Shown here piece by piece: positions 1 to 10,334 of a DNA stretch of 64,000 nucleotides. The notes below the pieces were generated by a model. That model made no database searches, was not told the DNA's origin, and was given only the letters and a program-made list of their open reading frames with translations. Location of the stretch: contig CAVVOP010000005.1 in assembly GCA_963749915.1 (NCBI GenBank), positions 192,001 through 256,000 of the forward strand, written 5' to 3'. This DNA comes from an uncultured cyanobacterium (lineage in GTDB: Bacteria; Cyanobacteriota; Cyanobacteriia; Cyanobacteriales; Cyanobacteriaceae). A program made the translations under genes and the position numbers. Every line of letters starts with the position of its first letter. The stretch's first letter is position 1.

Positions 1-257
1 AAAAAATAGAAAAATTACCACCAAAAAAGTTTAAGAGAAGGTTTGGAGTAACTAAAAAAACCTATGATTTATTAGTAGAAATAGTCAAAATCTGATTTTT
101 TTTCTATTAATAATTATTTTTTCTTGATTTTTGAGAATAACATAAGTATTTTTTATGCCTTAAGTCCTGATTCAACTAATTTTGACGATTTTTGTAATGG
201 GCGATCGCCCATTACAATTAGAATAATCATATTCATTTTATTTTTGCAAGAGTTCTA
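1..257 (+). mobile_element. IS5-family (ISL2/IS702-like) insertion sequence relic, internally deleted
   Basis: Bases 3-95 read KIEKLPPKKFKRRFGVTKKTYDLLVEIVKI*, like the N-terminus of cyanobacterial ISL2-type transposases; segment ends in TTTTGCAAGAGTTCTA, resembling the TAGACCTCTTGCAAAA-type terminal repeat. Confidence 0.6.
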
Positions 258-1071
258 TTACTTGAAGTTGATCCGATTCGTTTTTCAGAACAAGTAGAAG
301 ATAAACTGGCGGGTTTTGGACGTTTTTTGCAACCGGTTTGGAGTTATCGAGGTATTCTTACTCAGGCATTGCTGATTAACTTTGTTTTGGGGTTACTTTC
401 CCTTGCTTTACCTTTCGTTATTCAAATTTTGACCGATGATGTTTTAGTGAGAGGCGATCGCACTTTACTAATTCAGATTGTTTTAGCCGTTGTTGTTATG
501 CAATCTATGGGCAGTGCTTTAGAGTGGATTCAATCAACTTTAATTGCTCATTTTGCTCAACGTTTAGAATTAGGCTTAGTCCTAGAATTTGGACGAAAAT
601 TGCTACGTTTACCCCTTACTTATTATGAATCCCATCGTAGCGGAGAAATTATTAGCCGACTGCGAGATATTGAGGATATTAACCAATTAATTGCTCAAGT
701 TTTAGTAAACCTGCCGAGTCAGTTTTTTGTGATGCTAATCTCTTTGGGGTTGATGTTATTTTATAGCCTTTGTTAGTTTATTAATTTATTTTGTCGATGA
801 TTTTATTCGGGTTAGTGTAGCGGTGGAAAGATTAGGAGAAGTCATTGATGCCAGCCCAGAAAATCAGGGAGATTTTCAAAAACCTTGGGTCAAGATTTCT
901 GATCAAGCTGATATTATTTGCCAAGAACTTAATTATCATTATCCCGACCCCTTCCCTTGATCCCATCAGCGAAGCAGAAGTGAAGGATGTGTCAAACAAC
1001 AGGGTTCGTTAACGACATTACGGCAACAAGAAGGGAGTCATTTAGCTTTCTTAAATTCAGAAACTATCTAG
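258..1071 (+). pseudogene. Peptidase-domain (HlyB/bacteriocin-type) ABC transporter pseudogene in several pieces
   Basis: In-frame LLEVDPIRF... from 258 into ORF 327-776 (LPLTYYESHRSGEIISRL membrane domain); then pieces FVDDFIRVSVAVERLGEVID (~790-945), SLDPISEAEV (D-loop) and a C-terminal QGSLTTLRQQEG; N-terminus cut at an IS end. Confidence 0.8.
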
Positions 1072-1500
1072 GGTTTGCTGAATAAAAACTACGATTCTTG
1101 TCTGAACAGCGATTCACCTCTTAATATTAACAAGGTGGTGCAAGGGAAAATGAGTTATAATCGTTGCAACCCTAATAAAATCGTTAGCAGTTATTTGCAC
1201 CTACATTTAGGTTTCTAGTATTCTCTAAAAACTACTATTTGATTCATCAATGATGGTACATTTTAGAAAAAGAATAGATAGTGAAATAATTGACAAAATG
1301 AATGAAAGAATAGTATTAGAAGAACTAAAAAAAAAGAAGGAATAGACATAGGAAAAAAACCAGGAACATCTAGAGAAATAGCTCGAAAAGAATATTTAAA
1401 AGTAGCAAAGAAAAAGAAGCCAAGAAAGGAAGAAAGAGAAGAGGGAATTAAAATTCAATTAAAATATATTGAGAGAAATTTAAAAAGTATAGAAAAATAT
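1069..1500 (+). mobile_element. IS5-family transposase relic
   Basis: Starts with IS-end-like TAGGGTTTGCTGAA; fragments FDSSMMVHFRKRI (~1239) and KKPGTSREIARKEYLKVAKKKKP...IQLKYIERNL match IS5 transposase motifs. Confidence 0.7.
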
Positions 1501-1581
1501 TATCAATATCAGCAGGTATTGCTGATGTTTTTGTGTCTATTTTCAGAAATAAAATATATTTGGGGGCGATCGCCTTGAATC

Positions 1582-2184
1582 TTACCAAGTTTTCGGTTGA
1601 AAATCAGTATCATTGACAATAGCGATACTTTCTCCCGATTGTGCCAAGACAAATAAACCTTGACGATAAGCATACTTGTCAGCACCTTGTTCTATTTCTA
1701 TTCCTGCCACTGCACCATATAATTGTTTTTGCTTATATTCAGGGAAAAATTGTCTAAATTTCTCTAAATCGGCGATTAATTCTTTGACATCGTCCACACC
1801 TAAATTACTCTTAACTTCCACCACTAAAACATGATTTTCATTTGTCACCAAAACATCTATTTCTATGGTTTTACCATTTAATTTTTTTTTTACCCGTTGA
1901 CTAACTTGATGTACAGGAATACCACGATTTAAAAATAAAGTTTCACAAGCAGGTGCTACCATATTTTCGACAAAACGCCCCCATTTACCTCCAAGATTGC
2001 CAATATCTCGGCTAACTCGTTGAACTTCTTTGCTAACTTGCTCAACTTCTTGACTAACTCGCTCAACTTCTTTGCCAACTTGTTGAATGAGGAGATCGGT
2101 TTCTTGAAAACGTCTCTCAGTTTCTTTTTGGGCTTTGACTAATTCAGCCAATAATTGCCAGACTTCATCAGCCGTTGTGGTCAT
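1582..2184 (-). CDS. DUF3782-type coiled-coil plus PD-(D/E)XK-like protein
   Basis: MTTTADEVWQLL start, heptad coiled coil, LGGKWGRFVE and EIDVL...VEVKS motifs. Confidence 0.8.
   Translation of the reverse strand: MTTTADEVWQLLAELVKAQKETERRFQETDLLIQQVGKEVERVSQEVEQVSKEVQRVSRDIGNLGGKWGRFVENMVAPACETLFLNRGIPVHQVSQRVKKKLNGKTIEIDVLVTNENHVLVVEVKSNLGVDDVKELIADLEKFRQFFPEYKQKQLYGAVAGIEIEQGADKYAYRQGLFVLAQSGESIAIVNDTDFQPKTW
2011..2087. repeat. 21-bp in-frame tandem repeat (about 3.7 copies) encoding coiled-coil heptads
   Basis: gctaactcgttgaacttcttt / gctaacttgctcaacttcttg / actaactcgctcaacttcttt / gccaacttgttgaa. Confidence 0.85.
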
Positions 2185-2230
2185 AATTTTTCACATCAAT
2201 TAATTGCTTCGTCACATTATATTTTAATCT

Positions 2231-4103
2231 TAATACTCAATATCTTCTTTATTCGCGTTTTGTACTTGCGAACTTTGCTCAAATTAAAATCTCATTGTCA
2301 ATAACTTCACCTTTAATGAGAATAAATAAACAGAGCAAATCTATCAGTTTTCTCTTCTTTATTTATGGTATTATAATTGAGAATGTTTAGACTCTTAAAT
2401 CCAATAAGTTATCCAGATAAAATATAATAATTATGACAAGAAATCGGGAAAAAACTTAAAATTAGTTTTCGTTCATTTGTTAGATTTACTATCTGTTTTA
2501 TTCCTTGATTTATTACTAAATGAATTCCCTGAAAACATTGAAATATCCATCTTAACGTTGGACGTTCCGTTAGTTTTCCTAGCTGATTTTTTATCCTCGT
2601 TTTTCTCTCCTCTAATAAGCGACGCACTTCTCTTTGCCCCAAAGAATAGACTAACAGACATAACCCCATCAACATTGCCATTGTTTCGATTCTTTTTGGG
2701 GTTTTTAAAAACACACTATCGGCAAAAAATAATGGCTCTTTCAGAAAACTAAAACCTCTTTCTGCGGCTTGTTGCTCTTTATACTTAATTAAAATTTCAT
2801 CAGAATTAAATTTACTTTTATCCAATCTATTTGTAGCTAACACAAATCTTCCTGCTCTTTTTTTTGATTCGTTTATTTTCGTTAAATCTGATTTCAAAAT
2901 AGCCGTAACTTGATAAGTTTTTCCCGATTTTTCTTCTTTCTTTTTCGATTTTTTCTTGTGATTATTTAACTCACTTTCTGTCATTTTTAGCTCGGTTATG
3001 TGATGATATTTTAAAGTCTTATTTAGTCTCACAACTGTTTCATAAGCTCCCTCTGATGAGCTAAATTCTTCCTTCATCAATTTCTTTAATATTTCTTCGG
3101 TTTTTTCTTTTTCTTTCTCTATTTTTTCCCTTAGTTTTTCTAGCTCTGATACTTTTCTTTTTTCACTTTCTACTATTAACCATCTTTGCTCAATTTCTGC
3201 ATAATTATTCCTTACTTCACACCATGAATATCCCTCTAAACTACTTGGAGTCAAATCAGATTCTGATAGTTCTGAAACTAAATTTTTTGCCTCTTTTATT
3301 GATAGTGGAACTCTCGATAACCATTCTATTCCACTCATTAATTTCAGGTTATTTTCTGTATATAAGGCACTATCACCCACTATCATCGTCTCAAAATCTA
3401 TCATTGATTTGTATTCTTTCGCTATTTTGCCGAAAACTGCTCTATCATTTTCATTACCATCTGCTACTCTTAAAAATAGTGGAATATCACCATCACCACT
3501 CACAATTAAATCCAAAATAAATTGTTTTAAATCTGGTCTATGGTCACGGGAATAACCTTTAATTATCTTAATTGGAATTTGATTAATTAACTCTAATTCT
3601 GCATTTTCTTTGACCAAATTTTTGGTGATTTTTTCCTGACTATATTTCCCCTCTACCGCAAAAGAAGTTGAATCTAAATGAGAAAAATCTATGTTGATAT
3701 TATATTTTTTTACTGTGGCTAAAGCAATAATTAAAAATAATGAAGATAATCCTTTTTCATAAAGTTTATCCATTATTCTTCCAATTCTATCATCGTTCAA
3801 ATGCTCAGGTAGTATTCCTTTTCCGATTAAATGTTCTGTGGCTTTGTCTTTAAAAAACTGTGGAAATAGATAAAGAGGTCGAGAAATAAATCCTAATCCG
3901 TTCAGAATAATTGCTTTGACTATTTGACCTGCTGTCACGATTTCCCTCTCGTCAATACCGAGGGCATCATTAATAATTTCTTCAATGCCAATTTCATCTA
4001 TAACTCCAGCAATTAATCCTAAATGATTAATGGTTTGAACTTGTATATCTTCTGAAAGTATCATTTCCAAAATTAAATTAAAAACTGAATTTAATTATCC
4101 CTT
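2231..4103 (-). mobile_element. IS1634-family element copy 1, lacking both terminal inverted repeats
   Basis: Near-identical (inverted) to 12.7-14.6 kb; similarity stops at 2231 and at 4103 where IS4 begins. Confidence 0.9.
2409..4070 (-). CDS. IS1634-family transposase
   Basis: 553 aa; HLGLIAGVIDEIG, HLDSTSF, GYSRDHRPDLKQ, YKEQQAAERGF motifs. Confidence 0.92.
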   Translation of the reverse strand: MEMILSEDIQVQTINHLGLIAGVIDEIGIEEIINDALGIDEREIVTAGQIVKAIILNGLGFISRPLYLFPQFFKDKATEHLIGKGILPEHLNDDRIGRIMDKLYEKGLSSLFLIIALATVKKYNINIDFSHLDSTSFAVEGKYSQEKITKNLVKENAELELINQIPIKIIKGYSRDHRPDLKQFILDLIVSGDGDIPLFLRVADGNENDRAVFGKIAKEYKSMIDFETMIVGDSALYTENNLKLMSGIEWLSRVPLSIKEAKNLVSELSESDLTPSSLEGYSWCEVRNNYAEIEQRWLIVESEKRKVSELEKLREKIEKEKEKTEEILKKLMKEEFSSSEGAYETVVRLNKTLKYHHITELKMTESELNNHKKKSKKKEEKSGKTYQVTAILKSDLTKINESKKRAGRFVLATNRLDKSKFNSDEILIKYKEQQAAERGFSFLKEPLFFADSVFLKTPKRIETMAMLMGLCLLVYSLGQREVRRLLEERKTRIKNQLGKLTERPTLRWIFQCFQGIHLVINQGIKQIVNLTNERKLILSFFPISCHNYYILSG

Positions 4104-5385
4104 CTGAGGGGGCGACAATGAAGCTAAACAGACGATTCTATAAGGGATTGAACATGCTAATCTGGATAAAGATAAGATATTTTCAGTTTTTATATTAATT
4201 GCCATAGAAAAAAATGTTTCAACTTCCTCAATATTATCAGGATAATTTAAAAAAGCAGTTTAATTTACCTCAATATTTAACTCTTTGTATTTTAGTTAAC
4301 TTACTTCAAAATCTTAAAACTGTCAGGTTAGAAGAAATGGCAAAACGTTTTCCTTATCCGATTAAATTAAGAAGTAGAATTAAAAAGTTACAACGATTTC
4401 TGAGTCTGGAAAATTGGAAAATTGAAACTATATGGTTTCCGATTTTAAAATCAGGGATTATTAATCAATGGGAATCAAAAAAAGTGATTTATTTAGTCAT
4501 AGATAGAACACAGTGGCAAAATATTAATATATTGATGGTAAGTTTAGTTTATAATCAACGAGCTATTCCTATATATTTTACATTACTAGATAAAAAAGGA
4601 AGCAGTAATTTATCGGAACAAAAACAAGTATTAGAACCAAGTATCAATTTATTAATTGAATATAAAATAATCGTTTTAGGAGATAGGGAGTTTTGCTCTG
4701 TGGATTTAGCAAAGTGGTTATCAGTAGAGAAACAGGTTTATTTATCTCTACGTTTAAAAAAGAGTGAATATGTGGAGTTAGAAACTGATATATGGTTTCA
4801 ATTAAGTGAATTAGGTTTATGTCCAGGATTCTCGGTATATTATCAAGGAATAAAAGTAACAAAAACCAAGGGATTTTCAGGAATTAATTTAGCCGCAAAG
4901 TGGAAAAGAAATTATGGTCATAAATCTAGCAAAGAACCATGGTTTATTTTAACAAATTTAGAAAATATGTCGGAAACAATCTCCGCTTATTCCAAAAGAA
5001 TGGGGATTGAAGAAATGTTTAGAGATTTGAAATTAGGCGGATATAATTTAGAGAGTACAAAGATGGAAAATGAACGACTAATTTCTTTAATTATACTAAT
5101 AACATTAGCCTATAGCTATTCAACATTTATAGGGGAAGAAATTAAAAGAAAAGGAATAAGTGAATATTTAGTTCGTCCGACAGAAAAAGGAAGAAGATAT
5201 AAAAGAAATAGTGATTTTTCTATTGGTTTAAATGCCATAAAATGGCTAAGTGAAATCTGCTTTTTCCAAGAACAATTGGAAGAATTAACCTCTTTATTTC
5301 CTCAGAAACACTCTTATTATCGTCAAGGTATGAGAGCTATTTCCCTTATCCAATCTGCGTTATGAATGCGTTGTCGCCCCCTCAG
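4104..5385 (+). mobile_element. IS4-family insertion sequence
   Basis: Perfect 15-bp terminal inverted repeats CTGAGGGGGCGACAA / TTGTCGCCCCCTCAG around the transposase ORF; no target duplication visible. Confidence 0.9.
4214..5365 (+). CDS. IS4-family DDE transposase
   Basis: IDRTQW, GDREF and YSKRMGIEEMFRDLKLGGYNLE (DDE plus YREK-like motif). Confidence 0.92.
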   Translation: MFQLPQYYQDNLKKQFNLPQYLTLCILVNLLQNLKTVRLEEMAKRFPYPIKLRSRIKKLQRFLSLENWKIETIWFPILKSGIINQWESKKVIYLVIDRTQWQNINILMVSLVYNQRAIPIYFTLLDKKGSSNLSEQKQVLEPSINLLIEYKIIVLGDREFCSVDLAKWLSVEKQVYLSLRLKKSEYVELETDIWFQLSELGLCPGFSVYYQGIKVTKTKGFSGINLAAKWKRNYGHKSSKEPWFILTNLENMSETISAYSKRMGIEEMFRDLKLGGYNLESTKMENERLISLIILITLAYSYSTFIGEEIKRKGISEYLVRPTEKGRRYKRNSDFSIGLNAIKWLSEICFFQEQLEELTSLFPQKHSYYRQGMRAISLIQSAL

Positions 5386-6092
5386 ATTAAATCCTCATTC
5401 CTAACAATTTCATTAGATATCGTACCTGGTTTAATTACCCCAGGCCAGCGCACAAAACAGGGAACCCTGAATGCACCTTCTCAGTTAGAATCTTTTTCAT
5501 TACGAAAGGGAGTCATACCACCGTCAGGCCAAGAGTTCATGTGAGGGCCATTGTCAGTACCATAAATAACGATTGTATTGTCTGCAATGCCCATATCATC
5601 GAGCTTTTGGAGCAAAGCCCCGACAAGTTTATCATGGTCGATCATGACATCATGATATTCTGATTGCCAACGTCCCGACTGCCCTAAACTCTCAGGTTTG
5701 GCATGGGTGCGGAAGTGCATATGAGAAGTATTAAACGATAATAAAAAGGGATTGTCTTCTGCTGCTTTGCGGTCTAGCCATTCTGAGGTTGCCTCAAAAA
5801 CCTCATCATCAATGGTTTCCATGCACTTTTTGGTGAGAGGTCCCGTATCTTCAATACGACCATCGGCATAGGAGTGCAAAACACTACGAGGGGCAAAGTG
5901 TTCGCGGAAATTGGGAAAATCTTTTTCGGGAGGATAATCCCGTAATTCCGGTTCTTCACAAGTGTTCAGGTGATACAAAAAGCCAAAAAATTCATCAAAA
6001 CCATGTTGGGTAGGCAGAAACTTGTCCTTATCTCCAAAGTGATTTTTACCAAATTGACCCGTAGCATAACCCAAGGGTTTTAATAGTTTTGC
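5386..6092 (-). pseudogene. Arylsulfatase pseudogene
   Basis: GYATGQFGKNHFGD, HGFDEFFG and TDNG sulfatase motifs; premature TGA at 5481-5483 followed in frame by EGAFRVPCFVRWPG; N-terminus absent, C-terminus cut by IS4. Confidence 0.88.
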
Positions 6093-6239
6093 ATTTTTCG
6101 GTAAAATAGGCGAAAAGGATTGAAAGTTAATGCTTTTATCTACTGTGACAGTTTTAGTGATTTTTGCTAATTGTTACACTTATTTTCCCTATTTTTTATG
6201 TCAGAATCTCCCAATCCTGATAATTGGGCAGAAATTTAT

Positions 6240-7670
6240 TCACAACATCTTTATTGATTGATATAATTGTTTAAACTTCCGTTGTTGTTGATTATGATCG
6301 ACAATGGGTAAAGGATAACCACAACTTTGTGCATCGAGAGGAGAAATTTTTCCAGTTACTAAATCCTCCGTATCTAAATAGCTAATTTCTGGCAACCATC
6401 GACGAATATACTCCGCCTCTCCATCAATTTTTTGGGACTGAGACCCAGGATTAAATATCCTTAAGGGTTTAGCATCCATACCACTAGACGCACTCCATTG
6501 CCAACCGCCATTATTAGAAGCTAAATCCCCGTCATAGAGTTTCTGCATAAAATATTTTTCTCCCCGACGCCAATCAATAATTAAGTCTTTTGTGAGAAAA
6601 CTAGCTACAATCATCCGACAACGGTTGTGCATCCATCCTATTTCATTTAACTGACGCATGGCCGCATCAACTATTGGATAACCTGTTTTTCCTTCACACC
6701 ATGCTTGAAAAAATTTCTCGTTATTTTCCCAAGGAAAATGTTTAAATTGTTGTCGATAAGCACCTTTTTCTAACTCAGGGAAAAAATACAAACAATGTTG
6801 ATAAAATTCTCGCCATGCTAATTCCTTTTGCCATGCAATAATATTCCCTCTGGCTTCCTCACTTCGGCAGTTCTCTAACTCTATTTGTGTATATTGCCAT
6901 AAAGTTCGAGGACCAATGGCACCAAATTTGATAGCCGCACTTAATTGTGATGTACCATCAATACAAGGATAGTTTCGATTCTCATTATAATCAGATAATT
7001 GATAACGACAAAAATATTCTAGTCTTTCCTGAGCAGCAGTCTCCCCTGGCGTCAGTAATAATTCGTTATCCCATGTAAAACCCAAATCCTCAAGACTCGG
7101 TAACGGTACCAAGCCGATATTCATGGCGATGTCATATTCCTCGGCGGTGAAAGGAGATAAACGAGAAGAAGAATTGACAGGTTTGAGTTTTACTTGTTGT
7201 GACCAATTACGCCAAAAAGGAGTATAAATCCTATAGGGAGTATTGGTTTTCGATAAAATTTTCCCCGGTGCATGTAGTAACTGATCCCAAAATGTCTCAA
7301 CTTTGATATTCTTAGCTTTTAATGTCTCTAGTAATATATTATCTCTTTGACGGGAAAAAGGTTCAACATCCAAATTCCAGTAAACCCCCTCCGCTTTTAA
7401 CTCCTCTGCCAATGGGGGGATAATAGTTAAAGGTGAGTCGCGAAAAATTAATAAATCACTGCCTAATTTTTGATAATTTTCTCGTAATTCCACTAAACAT
7501 CCTAGAAGATATTTTACTCTTGCAGGAGCAATATCATCTCCTTTTAAAATAGTGGGATCTAAACAAAACAAACCTACTATTTTTTGACTTTTTTTCCTAG
7601 CAGAAGCTAAGCCGATATTATCCTTAATTCTTAAGTCTCGACGATGCCAAAAAACTATTAAATCACTCAT
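6240..7670 (-). CDS. phrA: Deoxyribodipyrimidine (CPD) photolyase
   Basis: WHRRDLR, WCEGKTGYPIVDAAMRQL, GWMHNRCRM, NNGGWQW. Confidence 0.92.
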   Translation of the reverse strand: MSDLIVFWHRRDLRIKDNIGLASARKKSQKIVGLFCLDPTILKGDDIAPARVKYLLGCLVELRENYQKLGSDLLIFRDSPLTIIPPLAEELKAEGVYWNLDVEPFSRQRDNILLETLKAKNIKVETFWDQLLHAPGKILSKTNTPYRIYTPFWRNWSQQVKLKPVNSSSRLSPFTAEEYDIAMNIGLVPLPSLEDLGFTWDNELLLTPGETAAQERLEYFCRYQLSDYNENRNYPCIDGTSQLSAAIKFGAIGPRTLWQYTQIELENCRSEEARGNIIAWQKELAWREFYQHCLYFFPELEKGAYRQQFKHFPWENNEKFFQAWCEGKTGYPIVDAAMRQLNEIGWMHNRCRMIVASFLTKDLIIDWRRGEKYFMQKLYDGDLASNNGGWQWSASSGMDAKPLRIFNPGSQSQKIDGEAEYIRRWLPEISYLDTEDLVTGKISPLDAQSCGYPLPIVDHNQQQRKFKQLYQSIKML

Positions 7671-7978
7671 TATTTTTACGATAGGTTGAATAGAGCAGCC
7701 CTTTTAATGTGTTATTTTGCAGTACAAAAAATATCCTTCTTTTGTCACTTTTCGTTTTTTCCTACTATTAATAGTTTTTGCAACCCTTGAAAATCACAGC
7801 AACAAACATACTATAATTTATTTTTGTGGATTTGAAGAGATTTTTTATTTTATACTGGGAAATAATCGGGGGATCGCCCTTAAACAAAAACTTTTCCATC
7901 TACTGATATTATCTCTACTATCCAATAAATTTCACCGTCACTACTCCGAGGGATTGGAGTTTTCTCACGATTTTGCCA

Positions 7979-8872
7979 TTAAGGCAAAGTCATCAACCAT
8001 ATGAGAAAGGGAAGGGTTGCAAAACTCATCAGTGTAGAAATAATAATCGTTCTGGCTACCATTACAGTATTCCCTCCAAATTCTTTAATCATAATCACCG
8101 AACTTACCGCCGTCGGCATCGCTGTTTGTAAAGTTAATACTTGTAAATCTAATCCTTCTAAACCGACTAATTTTCCTGTACTATAAGCTATAATCGGGGC
8201 GATCACCAATCTTCCCACCGTAGCGGTAAACTCCCGGACACCAAACTCAAATTTAGTTTTACTCAACTGCATTCCTAAAATAATTAAAGCAACAGGAATA
8301 GCAGAAATTCCCAACCATTCCAAACTTTTTCCCATATTAAAAGGCAATGTTACTTTAGTGAAGTGTAAAGTCATTCCCAATAACATCGACCAAATTAAAG
8401 GTAACTTCCATGTTAATTTTAAACTTCTCATCAAACTATCACCCTTCAAGATGGCGGGCAACATTCCAAATAAGACGACACTAGAAAAAATCATGTAAAT
8501 TACCGCTCTTTCTAAGCCCTCATTTCCTAAAGAAAAAGCAATAATTGACAGCCCCATATTACCATTGTTCGGACAAAGGCTAATGGCTAACAAACCTTTA
8601 TCATCATCGGCGGATAATTTGAGCAATCGACTAACTATCACCACGCCACCATAAATAATTACAGTGGTGAAAATATATCCTAGAAGTAACCTTAAAGCTG
8701 CATCCGTAGATACCGTCGTGCGATAAAAACTATCAACTACTAACGCCGGTGCTAAAATATAAACGCTAATTTGAGATAAAGTTGATTGATCTAATTTTAA
8801 AGTTTTATTGGCAATATAACCCATAGCGATAACTAACGCTACTGGCAACACCGAAGATAATATGATATTCAC
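7979..8872 (-). CDS. AEC (auxin efflux carrier) family transporter
   Basis: Multi-TM protein with NNGNMGL and AMPTAV motifs. Confidence 0.85.
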   Translation of the reverse strand: MNIILSSVLPVALVIAMGYIANKTLKLDQSTLSQISVYILAPALVVDSFYRTTVSTDAALRLLLGYIFTTVIIYGGVVIVSRLLKLSADDDKGLLAISLCPNNGNMGLSIIAFSLGNEGLERAVIYMIFSSVVLFGMLPAILKGDSLMRSLKLTWKLPLIWSMLLGMTLHFTKVTLPFNMGKSLEWLGISAIPVALIILGMQLSKTKFEFGVREFTATVGRLVIAPIIAYSTGKLVGLEGLDLQVLTLQTAMPTAVSSVIMIKEFGGNTVMVARTIIISTLMSFATLPFLIWLMTLP

Positions 8873-8911
8873 GACTTAACAAATTAACAACAATGAACAA
8901 CTAAATTTCTT

Positions 8912-9022
8912 CTAGTGGTGAAGTGCGTAAATGAAATGGGAGTTTAAAATTCTCGTAAGTACCGAAAATTAAAGGTTTTTCATTCTACATTCTACATTCT
9001 TAATTCTGCATTCTACCACTAG
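8912..9022 (-). repeat. ~110-bp MITE-like dispersed repeat, copy A
   Basis: Terminal inverted repeat CTAGTGGT...ACCACTAG; internal (cattcta)n; similar to 25884-25994 and 34055-34159 in the opposite orientation. Confidence 0.75.
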
Positions 9023-9053
9023 TCTCCTAGTTTATCTTTTCTGAGTTCTGAAC

Positions 9054-10202
9054 TCATGTCCGACGATAACTCATGCCAGGTAATTGAGTTATTAAACCAT
9101 CTAATTCTAGTTGTAATAAAATTCCCGAAACTTCTCCACTATTTAAGGAGCTTTTTTCCACAATCGCATCAAAAACCGTGGGGTTGACGTCGATGGCTTC
9201 ATAAACTAATCTAAAACTAGAGGATAAAGTGGTTTCTTCCGTTGTCTTTTTTGCGGTAGAGGGGGAAGAAGCTGAAAATAACGATAATTGTTGCCCTTGA
9301 TCCAAACTGGGAATTACACCTAAACTAGATAATAATTCTTCTTCAGTGATAATCACCTCCGCCCCATTGTGAATTAACCGTAAACATCCCCTTGCCTGAA
9401 CATTATCAGGAGTGTTCGGCAAGGTATAAACATCCCGATTAAATTCATTAGCGTAACGAGCAGTAATTAACGCCCCTGATTTTTCCGGTGCTTCCATAAC
9501 TAAAACCGCCCGACATAACCCTGCAACGATACGATTACGAGCAGGAAAATTGCCCCTTTCTGGTGGGCTTCCATACTCATACTCTGTCAAAATTAATCCT
9601 TTTTCTTCAATTTCTGTCATTAATGGACGATTGCTTGATGGATACGCCCTATCAAGTCCATTTCCGAGGATTGCGATTGTTCTACCCCCACCATCCAAAC
9701 AACCACGATGTGCCGCTGTGTCAATCCCTTCTGCTAAACCGGATACCACCGTAAAACCATTTTCCCCTAAAGCCTTACTAATATTGTATGCCCATCTTCT
9801 GCCATGTTCTGTGGGTTGTCTTGTACCAACAATGCCAATTAAGGGAGTTATGCCTTGATTTTCCGCTTTTTTCATTTCCCCCTTATAGTATAAAATGGCA
9901 GGAGGGCTAGGAATTTCTAATAATAATTGAGGATATTCTGCCTCGTTAGGAGTCCAAAAGTTAGGATTTTTTTCAAGATGTTTTAAAAATAGTTTTTCAG
10001 GCTCAATTTTATTTTTTTCTTCTTGAATTAGGTTACATATTTTTTTGCCGATGCCGTCAATTGTCATTAATTCCTGTGTGGATAATTCCCATGCCTCTTG
10101 TAAACTGGGAAAACGATCGTACATTTTTTTGAGAGAAACCGCCCCAATACCTTTTATTTTTGACCATGCTAACCAGTAAATTTTTTCTTTATCTTCTATC
10201 AT
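9054..10202 (-). CDS. dprA: DNA-processing protein DprA
   Basis: IVGTR, VVSGLAEGIDTAAH, FPARNRIVAG, SGALITA. Confidence 0.95.
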   Translation of the reverse strand: MIEDKEKIYWLAWSKIKGIGAVSLKKMYDRFPSLQEAWELSTQELMTIDGIGKKICNLIQEEKNKIEPEKLFLKHLEKNPNFWTPNEAEYPQLLLEIPSPPAILYYKGEMKKAENQGITPLIGIVGTRQPTEHGRRWAYNISKALGENGFTVVSGLAEGIDTAAHRGCLDGGGRTIAILGNGLDRAYPSSNRPLMTEIEEKGLILTEYEYGSPPERGNFPARNRIVAGLCRAVLVMEAPEKSGALITARYANEFNRDVYTLPNTPDNVQARGCLRLIHNGAEVIITEEELLSSLGVIPSLDQGQQLSLFSASSPSTAKKTTEETTLSSSFRLVYEAIDVNPTVFDAIVEKSSLNSGEVSGILLQLELDGLITQLPGMSYRRT

Positions 10203-10334
10203 AAAATCTCACAATTATTGTAGATAGTATGCTTATCTAATAACCTAAGTGTTCTTTTGGGAAATCTTCTTGACAATGTTTATTATAATTATAGTGAGTT
10301 TTTAAAATCTGTTCCGTCTAACATTGCCGAGGGT

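Noticed and set aside
2011..2087. Possible CRISPR-like array
   Set aside because: Contiguous 21-nt coding repeats without spacers; no cas genes in the window
2473..3520. ORFs 2473-2661, 2477-2752, 3224-3520 and their counterparts at 13305-14381
   Set aside because: Shadow frames of the IS1634 transposase, repeated only because the IS is duplicated
7717..8186. Plus-strand ORFs 7717-8004 and 8001-8186
   Set aside because: No recognisable motif; AT-rich intergenic or antisense to the AEC transporter
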